NCBI GenBank assembly: GCA_002633005.1
Contig: NMRA01000097.1
Span: 769,734 to 833,733, forward strand
Direction of reading: 5' to 3'
Length of the DNA stretch: 64,000 nucleotides
Origin: Phoronis australis
Taxonomy: Eukaryota; Animalia; Phoronida
In this document: positions 1 to 13,800 of the stretch, piece by piece
How the letters are laid out: every line of letters starts with the position of its first letter
Position numbering within the stretch: position 1 is the stretch's first letter
Program-made: the position numbers and the translations under genes
The notes under the pieces: generated by a model
Databases searched by the model: none
Seen by the model: only the letters and a program-made list of their open reading frames with translations
What the model was told of the DNA's origin: nothing

Positions 1-3000
1 GGGCGCCGGATCCTCGTTCGTTTCTTCTGGTTATAGTGAATTCAGAGGAATCGAAGTCTCGTCTCGGTTAGATTGTCGGGTCGGGCTGCAGCCGGGCCGG
101 GCAACTGGGTACGTCTTGTGTTGGATTAAATTCGAACCGAGAACACTGACGGACCATGTTTTTTCAAATAAGTTAATTACCTCAACCAACTGAGTACAAG
201 GATAATAAATGTAATTCAAATGACCCAATAAAATGCACAGTTACTGCAGAAAGACGACCACCCCGCTTGCAAACTGTCGGGCGACAGACGGTTTTATGCG
301 AACGCGAACAACTTACCAAGACACGCGTGCACCCAGCCTTCAAAATGGAGAGGCTCGAATTCCTGACGTTATGGACCTTTTGCTAACAAAAGAGGGGGCG
401 GACTAAAAAAAAAAACGTGAGCACCACTGTGAATTGCGCGTTTGCGCTTATTTACTCCTTTTGTCCGAAGACATCGGACATTTTGTCACTCAGGGGCGGA
501 CCTTTTTGCTCCCGTCGCCAAATGGGAGGCTCGTTCGTCAGGATCATTGGTATCTGAATGTTGCATCACGTGGCGTAGTTTCCCTTACTTCCCCTAGCTC
601 CATTTACCTTCTCATGACACACATATTTACATTTTAGCATATATCACTTACATGTAGAACTGCGTGTTGATCTTTACGCAATGGTAAATGTTGTTAGTTT
701 TGAAGTCCTCATAGTGTAATTACTATGATAATGCCAAATATTTTCTCTTCAATTTTTGTATCAATCAAACCACAAAAATGGGGTTGAGGTCTTGGGGAAG
801 TTGAAAAAGACCACAAGAACAATTCGCTGTCAAATTTTAGGGAGGGGTTTTCAGATGAGGGGGCTGAGCTCATATCGCAGTAGGCTCTGGTCTTCTGGCA
901 AACTTCTAATACCAGCAAGGCGCTTTTAAGAACTGGCCGTTGTTGCCATGAGTTTACGGAAATCTGCGCTAATAGATTTTCCTAGAATTCCAGTTTTGAT
1001 GATTTCCGCCAAAGAGCTGTAGGAGGATATGCAATTTTGTCGTACAGTAATTACATTTTGATACGTAAGCCTCTAAATTATCGGTAAATTCCTTAAGTGC
1101 CTGCACCCTACATCCCACTAGATTTCCAGCTCACTTTGTTGACATCTCCACTTAATAAACCACATCCTAAAATACAACAGTGACCTCTTTGATTCTGTTT
1201 TACCCATAGTGCCGAGAGCCGCAGGGGCACTAACAGTTAATCGCTTCTGAGATGCTAATCAGTATTTTTCAAATTTCGTATGCTACTAAACTTTTTTCTA
1301 TTGCGCAGTGATTGCAATATAACCATCAAAGTATTGACGAGCTGGATCTGGCGCCGAATATTGTTATTTTCTCTTTCGTCTCCTCGGGAACATTTCGCGG
1401 CCTAAACTTTCGAATACGATAAATTATACATTTGCCAACAGAAAGAGCTGAATTCGGACACATACTTGAAATTGAAATTTTCGGTGCTGAGTAGTTTTGT
1501 TGAACCAAAATAGAATAGACCCAACACCACATGACTCTGTAGCGCGTCAGTGTATCTTTTTACCGTTGGTTCTTCTCATGCTTGCCTAGAATGACGTAGT
1601 ACTCGTGACTCGTGTACGTGTACTTTGGCCTGCCCCCCCCCTTAACTCAAAATCCTGGACCCGCCCCTGTGAGACACCTCTGCAGTTCATCCAATTTAGT
1701 TAATAAAACTTCTTCATTAACTGAAAGGTCGGGGGACTACTCCGCTGACATTATGCTTCCGTTAATGTAATTATTGGTTTCGAGCGTATTTACCTTCGAC
1801 TGCCTCGGTGTTTTTGCAGAGAATAGTTACTAAACTGTAGTTTTTGTCAGAGATGAAACTTAGGACTGTTGCACGGTAGCTGTACGCTTACTGGCGTATT
1901 CGTACATGTACATGTATTTAAGGGCGTCACCCCGCATGAAGACCTGTCGTGTCACGTACTCTTAATGATTTCTAATAAGTAACAAATGTATGTAGCCTGT
2001 GCTGGTACTAGATCTCAGGGATAAAATGCTGCCCGCATGTGCGGACTATTGGTTTGGAAGTAATGGTTTAGTGTATACACCCGATTAACTCAATGAATTG
2101 GACACTTACCATTTTTGTCTTGAATTGGTTACAAAAATCATAAAATGAATTTCAACGCAAACAAATTTAATCAAAACTAATTTCTAAATGATTCTCTTCC
2201 AATACGAGAACAACAAAATTTTATCCAGATTTTCTTTTTTTTTTTTGATTTTTGTTTATGCACTGTGCAAGTCTGGCTCAAACATTCACAATTTTGAAGC
2301 TGTGACAATTTCGAACGTTGTGACAATTATGGCCTTTAATATGTTCCGACAAAATGAGTGGCATAAAACCTTACTGGAAAATCGGAATTCGAAAATTTAT
2401 ACTATTAGTTGAAAAATGCAAATTTATGCAGGGTTGCGAGCTTGCTATCATTAAAAAGGAAAAGCGTGTAACTTTGTAGAAAACCTTTGACGGTAATAAG
2501 ATCCGGCAGTTGCCACCGGCGGCAACATGGCATTATTGTCTCGGCACAAAAGGCCTACAAGTTAATTTACCGAGTCGTGTAGCAACGAAACCTTACAAAA
2601 ACTCATCTGTAGCGTTTAGTCCACCATTTGATCCTAAATTCATCATAACGGATTATCAAACGCAAACATCATTACGCGACGTAAGTTCGTCTGAGTATAC
2701 ATTTGCACTGTACGCCTGAAAAATACGGGTCGCAGCTGTCGAGGTGGTTCGTTGGAACAGATATAAACAACGAGATAACGTCTAACTAGTTTTCTCGTAA
2801 CACTGAGCTGAAGCGCGATACGTAGAACATGAGTCAAATTAAAGTAAAAACCAATGAACTAAACACACCAATAGCAAGGCATAATGAGCAACCAGTCAAG
2901 AACGAGGTACATACATGTACATGTAGAAGGGTACAACAAAACTAAGAACAGTTCTAGGAACAGGAGGGATTGCTAGCCATTGTCTCAAAGAAATTGAATT

Positions 3001-3369
3001 GAGTCCAGTAACGCTAGGGCCTTGCTGAAAAGCAAGACTTCTCGAGATTACGTGGGACATTGTCGTGAGTTTTAAATGAGATCAAGTGTTCGTGGCAGTA
3101 GATTTTAGCGAGATCCTAGAGTTACTGAACCCTACCATGAACTGCATCTTGAAGTCACGCAATGGAATGCCTAATTCACTGGTACACGTAACTACACAAA
3201 CACAATCGGTCAATCTATGAAAGATACTGGCAATGAGTGGGAAAGTGCTTTCGATCAGCTCAAAGGTGGAATCGAACTCACGATCCGAGTCAGCGATCGC
3301 AGTGCGACACTTTGGAGGAAACCGCAAGTCTGCACTAATTGAGCGTATTCAACTGACAACGTCACCGTC

Positions 3370-3500
3370 CTCGATTTCAGCAATTTGCCGTACAGACAAC
3401 GGCGAGAATCAACTGGCGAATTGTAACAGAATCGTAAAAACACAACGGATTTTGTTGATTTTTTGTTCTTTTCAAAGCTAATAACTTCAAGTAGTCAATT
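3370..3500 (+). repeat. Dispersed repeat also at ~13540-13690 (-) and ~36930-37385 (+)
   Basis: Shared cagacaacg...aaatc.caaaaa..acggattttgtt...gctaataacttc motif order. Confidence 0.5.
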
Positions 3501-4794
3501 TCATGAAAAGATCATCACAAATAAATTTTTGTCGACCCTAACGCCCAATATTATCTTGAACTCATTTTTGTAGTCATGCCTGTCTCGTATTGAAGTGTTA
3601 CATTCACGTGCATTACATATCTGCCTGGGCTCACTGAAGCCGTTCATATTGGATCAAACACATGATTCAATATTTTACAACCTCTCAGAATTGTTCCCCG
3701 GCATAATTAGGGGATCGTCCTCATTTTTACTGCCTCAGAGTTTACTGAGACAATACAGAAAGGTTCCGTCATCTGGAGCTCACCAAGTGCAACCAGTTGC
3801 CGGATAATCAACCCAATTTTTGTATCAGTGAGCGGTGCGGATGACGATTTGAGGTGTGTCTACGATCTTCTAAGTCTCCTTCCCTCGCGACACTATCACG
3901 CCCGTGACTTCTGCTAGGTACTCTACCAATAACTGTCCATTTAGGTACACCAAAAAGGGGTCCTGAGTGTTCCAAATTTGCGAGTTTTGAAAAACCTAGT
4001 TTCGTGTGAACTCTTAGTTTTTGATAAATTTGCCCTGTTCCTTAGAAACAGGTTTTCTTGGTACTTTTTATTAAGTTTTTTGTCAACATTTTTTTCTCAA
4101 AAGGGAAATATTTGAGTGGTATTCTGCATAACAACGAAAGAGGTATCATAACCGTTTCACAAGAGAGGATTATGGTCGATAAACAAATCACTCTAGGCCG
4201 TCGCCGTGGGAGCTAGCACTTTCGTGTCCAAATACCCACGAGGCTTTTTATTAATTAGGCTTGCATCAACTCGTTTCAGCAACACAGTTTTAATCAAAAC
4301 TAAAGTACGAGCTGGTGCAATTTTTAACCAAACTAGCTTCGAATGAATGAATGAATGACAGAATTACAATTCATTTTAAGGATGAGCTCAATTAATTTCG
4401 TCCTAGATCGGCGGAGGTACATGTGCATGTGTTGAGTAAGTCGGCAATGCTGTATGTTAAGTACTCGAATAAGAGCAACACTAACGACAAAGAATTTTGA
4501 TTTCATCTGTTCTTTAATATTCAGCACAGGATCACGATGAAGGGAAAACATGAGAGAACAACAGAAGGAAACATTAATGTCTTGGATGGAGCTCAATAAT
4601 CCTAGTACCTCGCTAGAAAAGCAAGATCTCGCGAGATGCCGTGAGATATTGTCGTGTATTTTCAACGAGAGCACGTGATTTTGGCTACTGAGATTTTTCT
4701 CACGGCGAGACAGCTATTGATCTCTACACCCTGATCGCTGACATCATGAAAAATAAGCCAAATTGTTCCACTGTCTGTTCAAGAACTGAGTAAC

Positions 4795-5430
4795 AAAATG
4801 AAACCAGGGGCGCAACATTGGTTAAGTCTGTCTGAAACGGAATTTTAAGATAAACGCAAGGAAAAACAAAAATATTGACACTAGGGGACTGCGCAGTGGC
4901 CGGAGCTGTCCCAAATACACTGGTCAGTGACATTCTCCTCAATAGAACCCCATACCAAATAACATGCGAGAGAACCGCCGATATTGAGTCACAGGCAAAT
5001 ATCCAAATTACCACGAGGGACACCGCCGTGGTCTTCCATAATAACATATTATCTCAATTGCATAATGATCATCAAAGTCGTTTAGACAATAGAGAGGACG
5101 CCAAAAATGTACAAATGGCAGACAGAGAGGAGGACGCTGAACACAAATTCAAAATCATAAAGATATCCACTAGATGGTGCAGAATACGTCGAATACGTCC
5201 GAAGGGGGGGGGGATTCCTTGTCGTTTTAATACACGTACATGTGGGTACCAATTTGCCAATAGTCATGTGAATCTGTAGGAACTGCGGAGATGCAGATGC
5301 AAACGTATATAAATAAAATTGCCACTAGGGTGCACAAGTGTGGTCGGGTCGTCTGAAAGTGCTCTGCCGCCGCCCGGCTGATTCATGATGGAAACATATG
5401 TCTGCAAAAGTTTTGAAAACCGTTTCCGAT
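4795..5430 (+). repeat. Degenerate internal repeats of the same HINE-like family
   Basis: Cores aaatattgacactagggg, aaattaccacgaggg, atatccactagatggtgc and aaattgccactagggtgc spaced ~130-155 bp apart. Confidence 0.5.
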
Positions 5431-5606
5431 AAGCGAAAGCTTGTCACCTCAGGTGTTTCGCGCGTGTCTTGGAGCTACGGTACGCAACTGAGTTTTGTAA
5501 ACCTTGTGCGAGCTTGTGATCATGTTGCGCAATGCAATCACTGTGTCAGACTGGCTGAGTCAATGCTGTTTTGATTTCATTACCCGTTTCTGGTCGTTAC
5601 ACACAC

Positions 5607-5682
5607 CATGGGGGCACTGGGGGGGGGGGGGCGCNCCCCCCCCCCCCCCCCCCCCCTATATTTTAGGCTGGGTGCGCGCATG
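5607..5682 (+). mobile_element. MITE family B copy (collapsed across an 'n'), flanked by CACAC
   Basis: catggggcac..G/C homopolymers..cctatattttaggctgggtgcgcgcatg with CACAC on both sides. Confidence 0.6.
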
Positions 5683-5821
5683 CACACACATATATGTAGC
5701 TGAAAAGCTCCGGGGAGTGAAACGCGCCTTTGCTGAGAACGGTCAAAGTATTTGTTATTTCAGGTTTTAGGAACTGGTATTTTATAGAAACCTACTGAAA
5801 AGCTGTGTCTTGTGAGTAAAA

Positions 5822-5870
5822 CATGCCAGATTTACCAAATTGCCTCAGGCAATTTGGTAAATCTGGCATG
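5822..5870. repeat. Perfect inverted repeat: 24-bp arms, 1-nt spacer
   Basis: catgccagatttaccaaattgcct-c-aggcaatttggtaaatctggcatg. Confidence 0.95.
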
Positions 5871-6782
5871 CTACATTCGAATTCAAACTGCAATGTCTGC
5901 TTTCTATTGTTCGTCCATTCATACATCCTTTCAGACGACATAATATATAATGTAAATTGAGCAAATTACGTTTGCCCCCCCCCCCCCCCGAGAATGGCGG
6001 AGTTTGACCGAGTTAAACAACGCACTTCGGCTTCGTATTCAACGATTGAGATGACCCCCCGGCACTCATCACGATCTGGCGCTGCTTTTCTAAGTGTATA
6101 AATATATGACACTGAATTAGCGCCACAAGTATTTCATCGTGTTGTCGCACCGATAAACAGAGTCCAGTGCGCCAACACGTGCAGCGGGTGGAAGACGTCC
6201 ACATTGTTACCTAATAGATGTTTAGTTGATAGTCTCGTCTTGATGGGAAAACTATTAGCACAGCAGATACGGTTGAAAGCTCGAAGCGTCCAGATGACCC
6301 GCTCATAATTCAGGGTTTATACAGGCCTCAGTACGCGTGCCGCGTGTTTCAAACAAAGTGACACCATCGACTGTTAGTTATACGAAATGTAAATTACGAA
6401 TAGGCTGCGACTCTGATTTTAAAATCGAAGAGACTGCACCTACAAGGTAAGTTCTCATCGAAAGCGCCGATATTTGTACAATGTCATACAGAAACAATGC
6501 GATTTGTTATAGATCGTGACCCCGATCATTGTGCATGGTGACAGTGTTAAATGCATAACTCCAACCGTTGTCTTGTAAGGGCTTGATGATGGCCAATGTA
6601 CATGTATAGTACATGAATATCTTTCTCACTTATTTGAAGAACTATTTCTCAGTCGTTTAGCACAATCAATAAATAATGACAATTTAATATTTTCGTGGAA
6701 CAAAAATCAACTTTTGTTGAGTAGCAATGACAAAGGAGTGGAGGCAAGTCGTAATGTGAATAACAGGTAAACAATCCTAAGT

Positions 6783-6856
6783 CATGAGCGGCGCAGCACT
6801 GAAAAAGCGGTGAGCTATAACCCCCTCCACCCAGCCCCTATGGTGCGCCTCCACTG
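6783..6856 (+). mobile_element. Very short MITE family C (CATGGGCGGCGCA ends)
   Basis: catgagcggcgcagcactg...ccagcccctatggtgcgcctccactg, flanks taagt / taagc. Relatives at 25526-25591 and 21858-22328. Confidence 0.65.
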
Positions 6857-9751
6857 TAAGCAAAGATATTAAATTATTTTTTATGTAAGTACGTTAGTTC
6901 TTCCGTCTCTGAATAAGTTGATTTTACTTATAACATACGTTAATTAATACAGTTTGCTAAATTAGCAACGTAAAAGTCTACTGTGAATATAAATTAATCA
7001 TGCTGGGCATTCGCGACGCATCTCGCCCAAAACCAAAATGTGATCCCACTTGAATAAAAACGCGTCAAACATGTTTCATGGAAACCATCCCACGTACTAT
7101 TCTCAAATAACCAGCTCGGAGCTGCACGCAAAGAAAGCCTGTGCAGAGTTACATCAACGCCAGGAATGGCACAACAACCAATTAGATCATTTTGCAAAAT
7201 GTGATCGCTGTTAAATCAATGTTTGGCCATCCTGGACCACTTTTAAGACCCTTATCCTCCGTATTGAACGTTTTTAAAGTGTGTCCTTCTGAAGTTTAAA
7301 GTGCTGGGCAGTTGACGTTGCGTCGGTCATGCTGATAATGCTGTTGTGGAAGGGGGGTGACAGTGGTCACCCATCCGCAGGAAGGGGTGTGGGTACATAA
7401 ACGCGTCACCACGGTCACGAATTTCTAACATGAGACACCAACCGCCTACTCTGCACTTATATATTCCCAACAAACGGGATTTGTTTACAACACGCCTTAT
7501 GTCTTCACACTCCTACTGAGCGTTTGTTGATTTGGGAAACTTGGGCAACGTCCGGCCGTTAAGATAACTGTTGACATCCCGTTGGTTTTGTCTTGATGTA
7601 TATTGAATACTTTCTTGTAAAATACTCGCTTGACGCCACCCTTTTATTAGACAATTTGTTTGTGCCATGGCGTCAGTTAAAATATGACCGCTCGCAGTCA
7701 CAGATCTAATTGTTGATTCTTTTTTCTACATTTTGTGCACTGCAATTTATATAAAAACTGGAGAGAATAACGTTGCTTAGAAACTGATTAGGTGCCAGAC
7801 ATGGTAAAGCATGAGCTAGATGAAGTCATTTGGTCAAGGTAATTCGTAAGAGTGACAGTAACCCTGCGAAACTCGAGGAAATGACTCTTGACACAGAAGT
7901 GGACATCCCGGGGGATACTCCCATCTCCCGTTGCGTGACGAGTCGTTGACACCTGGGTTTTTGCGAACCAAAAAACCCTACGTGTTTTGACAATATAAGA
8001 TGGTTGGGGAAGTTCACTGTTGAGAGAAAACAATCCTCGATTACAGTACAGTTAATGTGACACAGTAATTACGGTCTCAGTTTATTTGGAAGGAACTCGG
8101 TGAGGAGATTATTAATTTCGTCGGTGAAATTTGCTTTGGTGATAATAGAAGTCCCCAGCGAAACACATGCATGCACAGTATACCCCAGCGAGCAGCAAAG
8201 GAACAAACTCCCCAGTGTCAGACAAGTTATCCGGGGTGTTTCCTTCAAGTTTCAATAAGTAATCAGGTCAAACTTATTAGAGTTGCACAGATCAAATATT
8301 TGGAAAGCTTTTTGAAATCTGGTTGATTTCCGACGGTACAAATAGAGTTATTTAATCCGGGTGTTTTAAATGAGCGTGAAGCTAACGATTGATATGAATA
8401 ATGCTTTCTCAGCATAGCTAGGAATATTTAAGTAAACGGATTTGCAGACTTGATTGCATGATTGAGTGTTTCTGGTAAAACGTTGCCTTCTCAGTGTAGC
8501 GGTAGTCCTCTCCAACTATACATGTCACATTATCCTGAGCATGTATTGGCGGATATTATCTCCCGCAAATATATACATGTAAATTACGCGTGAACACGGT
8601 TACTTTTCTACGGTTTTATAGGCAATAGTCATTTACGGGATCCAGGATGCCTGTTCTCCTGGTTCTCCAAACGTGGAACACCTGTAAGTGACTAATGTAG
8701 TAGTTTCATGACCGCACAAAGAACGAAATTGGTGCAAAGCACGAGATACAATATTTTGTGAACTACACCTTCCATTGTGACGCAGTGTGCGTTACAACTA
8801 ACTTGATGATGCATACCATACAAAACTTGGTGCATATGTCACCACCGATCACGTGGTTAAAGACTGCGCCGCTTGAGATTACCTCAGAAAAATAGCCCCT
8901 GTTCAAATCCAGGGGTATTTTATTGAAAACTGTAATTATTTTTGAAATAAGGAGTGTTGGCCACGTAAAGAAATAAAGGCTCTCTTCGAATAATTCCATA
9001 CAGAACGTGTTAATGGTTTGTTGATCGATACGTACTTTTACGCCCGATACCAAGTGAGCTGTTGAACACTTGATGGAAAGCCTTATTAGAGTGCCGATGG
9101 CATTTCCACACAGTAAATTATCAAAAATGTCAATTTTGACGTATCTGAATAATACAAATAATTACATAATTGAGCCATTTGTTTTAAATTATTTAGTGTT
9201 TGCGACGTTATTAGTCACATATCATTCGTTTCAACAAATCTTTAAGGCTGGTTTACGTTTTGAACTGCTAGGCTTCGCGGAGGAACAACTGAAAATTGTT
9301 GCTATTTTCTCGATATCACAACTTATCACAGACGATGCTTGTTATTAAAGACAAGTCACGTGTTTACTTTAGAATTTTTTTTGTTCATTGTTGTGATGAC
9401 TTCTTGGAGTTATTAACTTTTACCAGAGCTATAAAGCAGTAAAATCGGTCATTTTTTCATTGCAAATCGCCGGTTAACTGAAATCGAGGCGGCGACTTCG
9501 TCAGCTGCTTCGTTGCTAGGGACCATGAAAATGGCCGACGCGGGCAGTGTGTAGGGCTAATTAAACCGGTGTGAAAAATTAATCTCCTTGTGCATATTAG
9601 ACCGGGATCCCAGACCTTTTGGGCATGAAAAGGTAACCAATTTTCTTTGGTGCCACAGTGCTCTATGGGTATCCTGATGTTGGAAATGGCCGTCTGGCAG
9701 GTTCGCTCTGGTGGGTGTGGTCAGGGGAGCCAAGAGGATGACACTCAAAAA

Positions 9752-10420
9752 CTGAGCTAGATCAACTTTTCTGGCAACCACTTTAAATTGTCTTCGATAC
9801 CTACCACGTAATCCACTGTATCAAAATTGGTCAGTGCTAGACAATTTCAGAGGTGGGTAGTATCAGCCAGAAGGTTATCAACAAGGTAAAAAATTGAGCT
9901 AGATTAATCCAAGAGGTAACGCATTAAACCAGTTGCAAAATATTCACCGTGAGCCCAGGTATCACGAATGAACACTATCAGAGAACTCTAGTGGTGGGTT
10001 AGCCCCGCCAGACACACCCAAATACCCGAGTTGAGCTGGATCAACCCACCAGGTAACCGCTTGAAACCAATTGCCCGATGTTCAACATCATTGCACACGG
10101 CACAACAGTAAGATGCCAGACAATTTCAGCGGTGGGGTGTCCCTGCCAGACGACTAAAGAAAGGGGCTAAAGTTTGAGGTAATTCAACCCTGAGAGATAT
10201 TCGCATGAAACCAGGTTCATAGGCCCATGTATCATGAATAAACCCTGCGAGACAGGTCTAGTGGTGGATTAGCCCCGCCACACACGATCAAATATCTGAG
10301 TTGGGCCAGATTTACCTACCGGGTAACCGTTTGAAACCATTTGCATAATGTCGAGCAACATTATGCATTCAACAAAAGGTACTTTACAGACATTTTCAGC
10401 AGTGGAGCAGTAGCATCTAG
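9752..10420 (+). repeat. Five diverged ~130-143 bp tandem units in A/B alternation
   Basis: Units start near 9752, 9895, 10033, 10176 and 10303 (gagctRgatYaac..ggtaac..aaacca). Odd units share cagacaatttcag.ggtgg; even units share tctagtggtggRttagccccgcca.acac. Confidence 0.75.
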
Positions 10421-10946
10421 AGATTTGATCGATGCAGGGGCGACTTTTTATTGGACGCCGCTATCTCTCTATTCAAATGCATATATCCTATTCAGGCCCG
10501 TAGCCAGCATTGAGCGCGGGGTTGTTCCAATTTCAAGAACGGTGGACCTTTGGTATTTTGCAAACGTCGACACTGTAGAGTTTTCGGCAAGGCCTTTGAC
10601 GCAGCTCATTTGGGGGGAGGAGGAAAATCTGTATACACAACGGTCGATGGCTCTCATTTCAATGTTCATGAGATGAGACGGAGTTTGTAATACCAGAAAC
10701 GAGGATGCTGTGACGGTTGCTCGCAAACCACGTGACACAAATTGGGATGTAATGAGGTCCAGAAAGAGAACGTTATCGCATTATTTCCTGCAAAAGTTTC
10801 AAATCAGCCATGCTTAAATGAGTGATTACACTTCATTGCATACTTAGACGGAAGTTTAGTCTTCGAATGACTGGACAAAATTGTTTAACTGGTTGTATTT
10901 TAGCGTGTTACTTAAGTTGCTTACAACGCTGGAAATGGGAACAGCC

Positions 10947-11040
10947 CACTATTTCAAAGGTTTCTGGGAAGGCTCACTATCCCCAAGATTCACTACTTCG
11001 AAGAGTCACTACTTCGAAGATTCACTGCTCCAAAAATATC
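10947..11040 (+). repeat. Short ~16-bp minisatellite (cactacttcgaagatt-like)
   Basis: Tandem cactatttcaaagg / cactatccccaagatt / cactacttcgaagagt / cactacttcgaagatt / cactgctccaaaaat. Confidence 0.6.
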
Positions 11041-13740
11041 TAAACTTTCAAACTCAGATGTGATTTTTAAACTTTTTCGTGCAAAAATTATCGATATTTC
11101 GGGTATTAGATGTACCTATACCTAAAACAACGCCCGGGCACTAAACACTCAGGCTGACCAGCACAACTAGAAATGCGGTCAGATTTTATGTGCATGCGAA
11201 ATTGCCCGCAGGTCTTAAAATGAGTACGCACTTGCATGTTAAAATTTTATGAAGAAGGAATACTGATGAGTTATCAACCATGGCACAATTCGTCAAATCC
11301 AGGTCAAGATCGCGTAGAGCAGGGCCCAGTATCGAATCTTTTTACTCGAAATGGAACTCGAAATTATGTTTGGCATTTTTTACTGTACATCTGTGCGAAC
11401 TCAAGATAAGTGTCTTTTATTCTATGCTCGGGTACATGATGACTTACGTGGATGATTTTTTAGTTCTAGTTTGCAGTTGATAAATCCAACATCAAAGCTT
11501 GAGGATACCCATACATGTAAGTCCAGTTTAGACATCAACTTTTGGCCCGGCGCAACTGACACGGAGCAAATTGTCCCGTGTCAAGCGGTCGTTTACACAC
11601 ACAACTCACCAACTGACGGGAATTGCAGGCTGGAGAGACTGGATCGCACATGCGCAGGTTTACAAACGACGAGAGTTGCAGAGACAAAGAACCCGTACGT
11701 AAGTCATTAGGCAAGCGCAGTAGAGATGATCCTTTCCGCCTTGCCCCAGTTTCGCGTTTAGACTTATAGTTGACACGGAGCAAGATGCAAATTGCTCTAC
11801 CTCAAAAATTTAAAGAGCACTGTGGCACCAAAGAAAATTCGTTGCCTTTCCATGCCCAAAAAAGCTCTGGGATCCCGGTCGAGAAGTGGGGCGGTGAAAT
11901 GCAGTGCTAGATAAGTTGGACATTACCAGATTTGACGGAACAAAAATAATTCGAATGATCTCAGCCAGTTGGCATACTAAGTAACTCGCTTTTCAAATCC
12001 GCTTTGACCCGCTAACCTGATAATGATAACTGTTAATCTATGCATATTTGGTGGCGGGGGTAATTAGTCCCCAAGTACTATCTGTCTGTGGCGCTGGACA
12101 CCACGCTTGCGCATGACGGTACTTCAAGGTCACGTGGTTTAAGAGGTTCAACATCCAGGGAAGTTGAGTGTCATTGGCCTCGCAGTTTTTTGCGAAAAAA
12201 ACTAAAGAAAAAACATTCTCACGCAAAACATTCAAAGTATTTTTGACGAAAAGGTTCCTTTAAGAAAGGTTAATGTGTTGGCTGAGATAAGTTCCTGCAA
12301 TTCTGCTGAACTTTGCGCATTTTAGTCATGCTTCGTGGCCGATGATTGCGTCACGTCAAAAATCACGATGATGCACACGTCGTTTATCAGGGAACATAAC
12401 GGACTAACCAAACTGCAACTGTACATGTTAACCATGGCAAAGTGTCAAGGAAAATATTTTCATCTCTCACCCGTCGCTCGCTTGCAGTGTGGACACCATA
12501 GCAGAAATTTGGGTATTTCAATTGCCCGCGAATGAGGCGGCAGCTCACGATCGCGTACAGTCTGGCCAGACCTTCAAAAGTGTCTTTCCCAAGCATTTTG
12601 GTGTTCAATAGTGCTGCAGGACGCATAATTCACTTTTGTAAGTATTAACTCAACCCATTTGCAAGGTCATTTAGTATTACCTTGTAATTACGAAAACTTC
12701 ATAACTGGACTTCACGATGAGCGATTTGTATCAAACATATCTGGACACTCTGGTATTGCAGCTGCTCCGACGTAATCGTGCGTTTGATGCAAACAGTCAA
12801 TCAAAAACGAAAACCTGTTAAAAATGCCGTTGGAAACAGCTGCGTGACTACTCAAGTTTACATCTCTCTACGTGAAATGCGGTGAAAATGGCATGTGCGC
12901 ACCTGCGGCACCTAACACTCACACACGCACACACCGCAGACATGCACGTTTGCACGTCTCGAAGCAAAGCTCACACGCTGTTTGTTTTAAATTGGGCGAC
13001 GTTGTTCTCGCCGACACAAGGCTAGCATATATTTAGTCCCACTGAATGTCATAAATGCCCTTAATTGTAGGGCGACGATATATGTTGCGATAGCCAGCAC
13101 CACGTGAGAACAGGGGGATAGATTCCTTGCACTCGTTAACGTAGCCTTGCACTTCCTTCTAGTTCGTTTAGAGCTGGATTGTTATCATGCTTTGCTGTTT
13201 GATATGAGCTGTTTGTTCATTGCTGACGTGCAACATGTTATCATAATGAAGCGGTGATATGTGCGATTTACGAGATGTATTTTGTTCGTTGCAGCGCAGG
13301 AACTCTCACAAAGATATGCCGAATGATATGCTTGAGATTGACTTTATGTGAAAACTGAGTCCTGTACATCAAAAGCCCGAACAATTGATAAGTACGCCGT
13401 CTACAGACCTTGTTTAATATTGCATTTCTTTGCTGTTTTCAAATGCAGTTAGGGACTTCTACGTGCGCTTGGATTTCGGTTGTCAATCTGCTCTAAGAAG
13501 ACCAGGTCAGTGGTGGTATCACGCAAAGTATTTGAAGAATCATTATCAGTGTTACAGCCAAAAACGCAAAATTGGGTAGACTTCCTGAAGTTCTGAGTTT
13601 ATACCAGATAATAACATCTGTCGTATTTTTTGTGATTTTGTCATAAATCGCCAATTCTTGTCGTTGTCTGCCACAAATTCGCTGACATTAAGGCCGATGA
13701 CTAACAGTAAACACGCTTAAATTGTTCTACCAATATCACT

Positions 13741-13786
13741 TGACTATGACCGCGGAGATTCCAGGTTCGAGTCCAGGCTGTGGTTG
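13741..13786 (+). pseudogene. Degenerate tRNA 3' half (tRNA-Arg-like), either a pseudo-tRNA or a SINE head
   Basis: tgactatg..gagattccaggttcgagtccaggctgtggttg resembles eukaryotic tRNA-Arg (TGACTACGGATCAGAAGATTCCAGGTTCGACTCCTGGCTGGCTCG). The B-box GGTTCGAGTCC is intact; no D-arm or A-box is visible. Confidence 0.45.
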
Positions 13787-13800
13787 ATTTCAGTTTTTTT

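Larger units (their letters stand above)
9600..11880. mobile_element. ~2.3-kb non-autonomous TIR element with internal tandem repeats
   Basis: TIRs of about 65 bp: gaccgggatcccaga..ttttgggcatg..aattttctttggtgccacagtgctct (9600-9664) is the reverse complement of 11814-11880. Confidence 0.75.

Noticed and set aside
9752-10420. CRISPR-like repeat/spacer array
   Set aside because: Eukaryotic context, units are homologous along their whole length with no unique spacers, and there are no cas genes.
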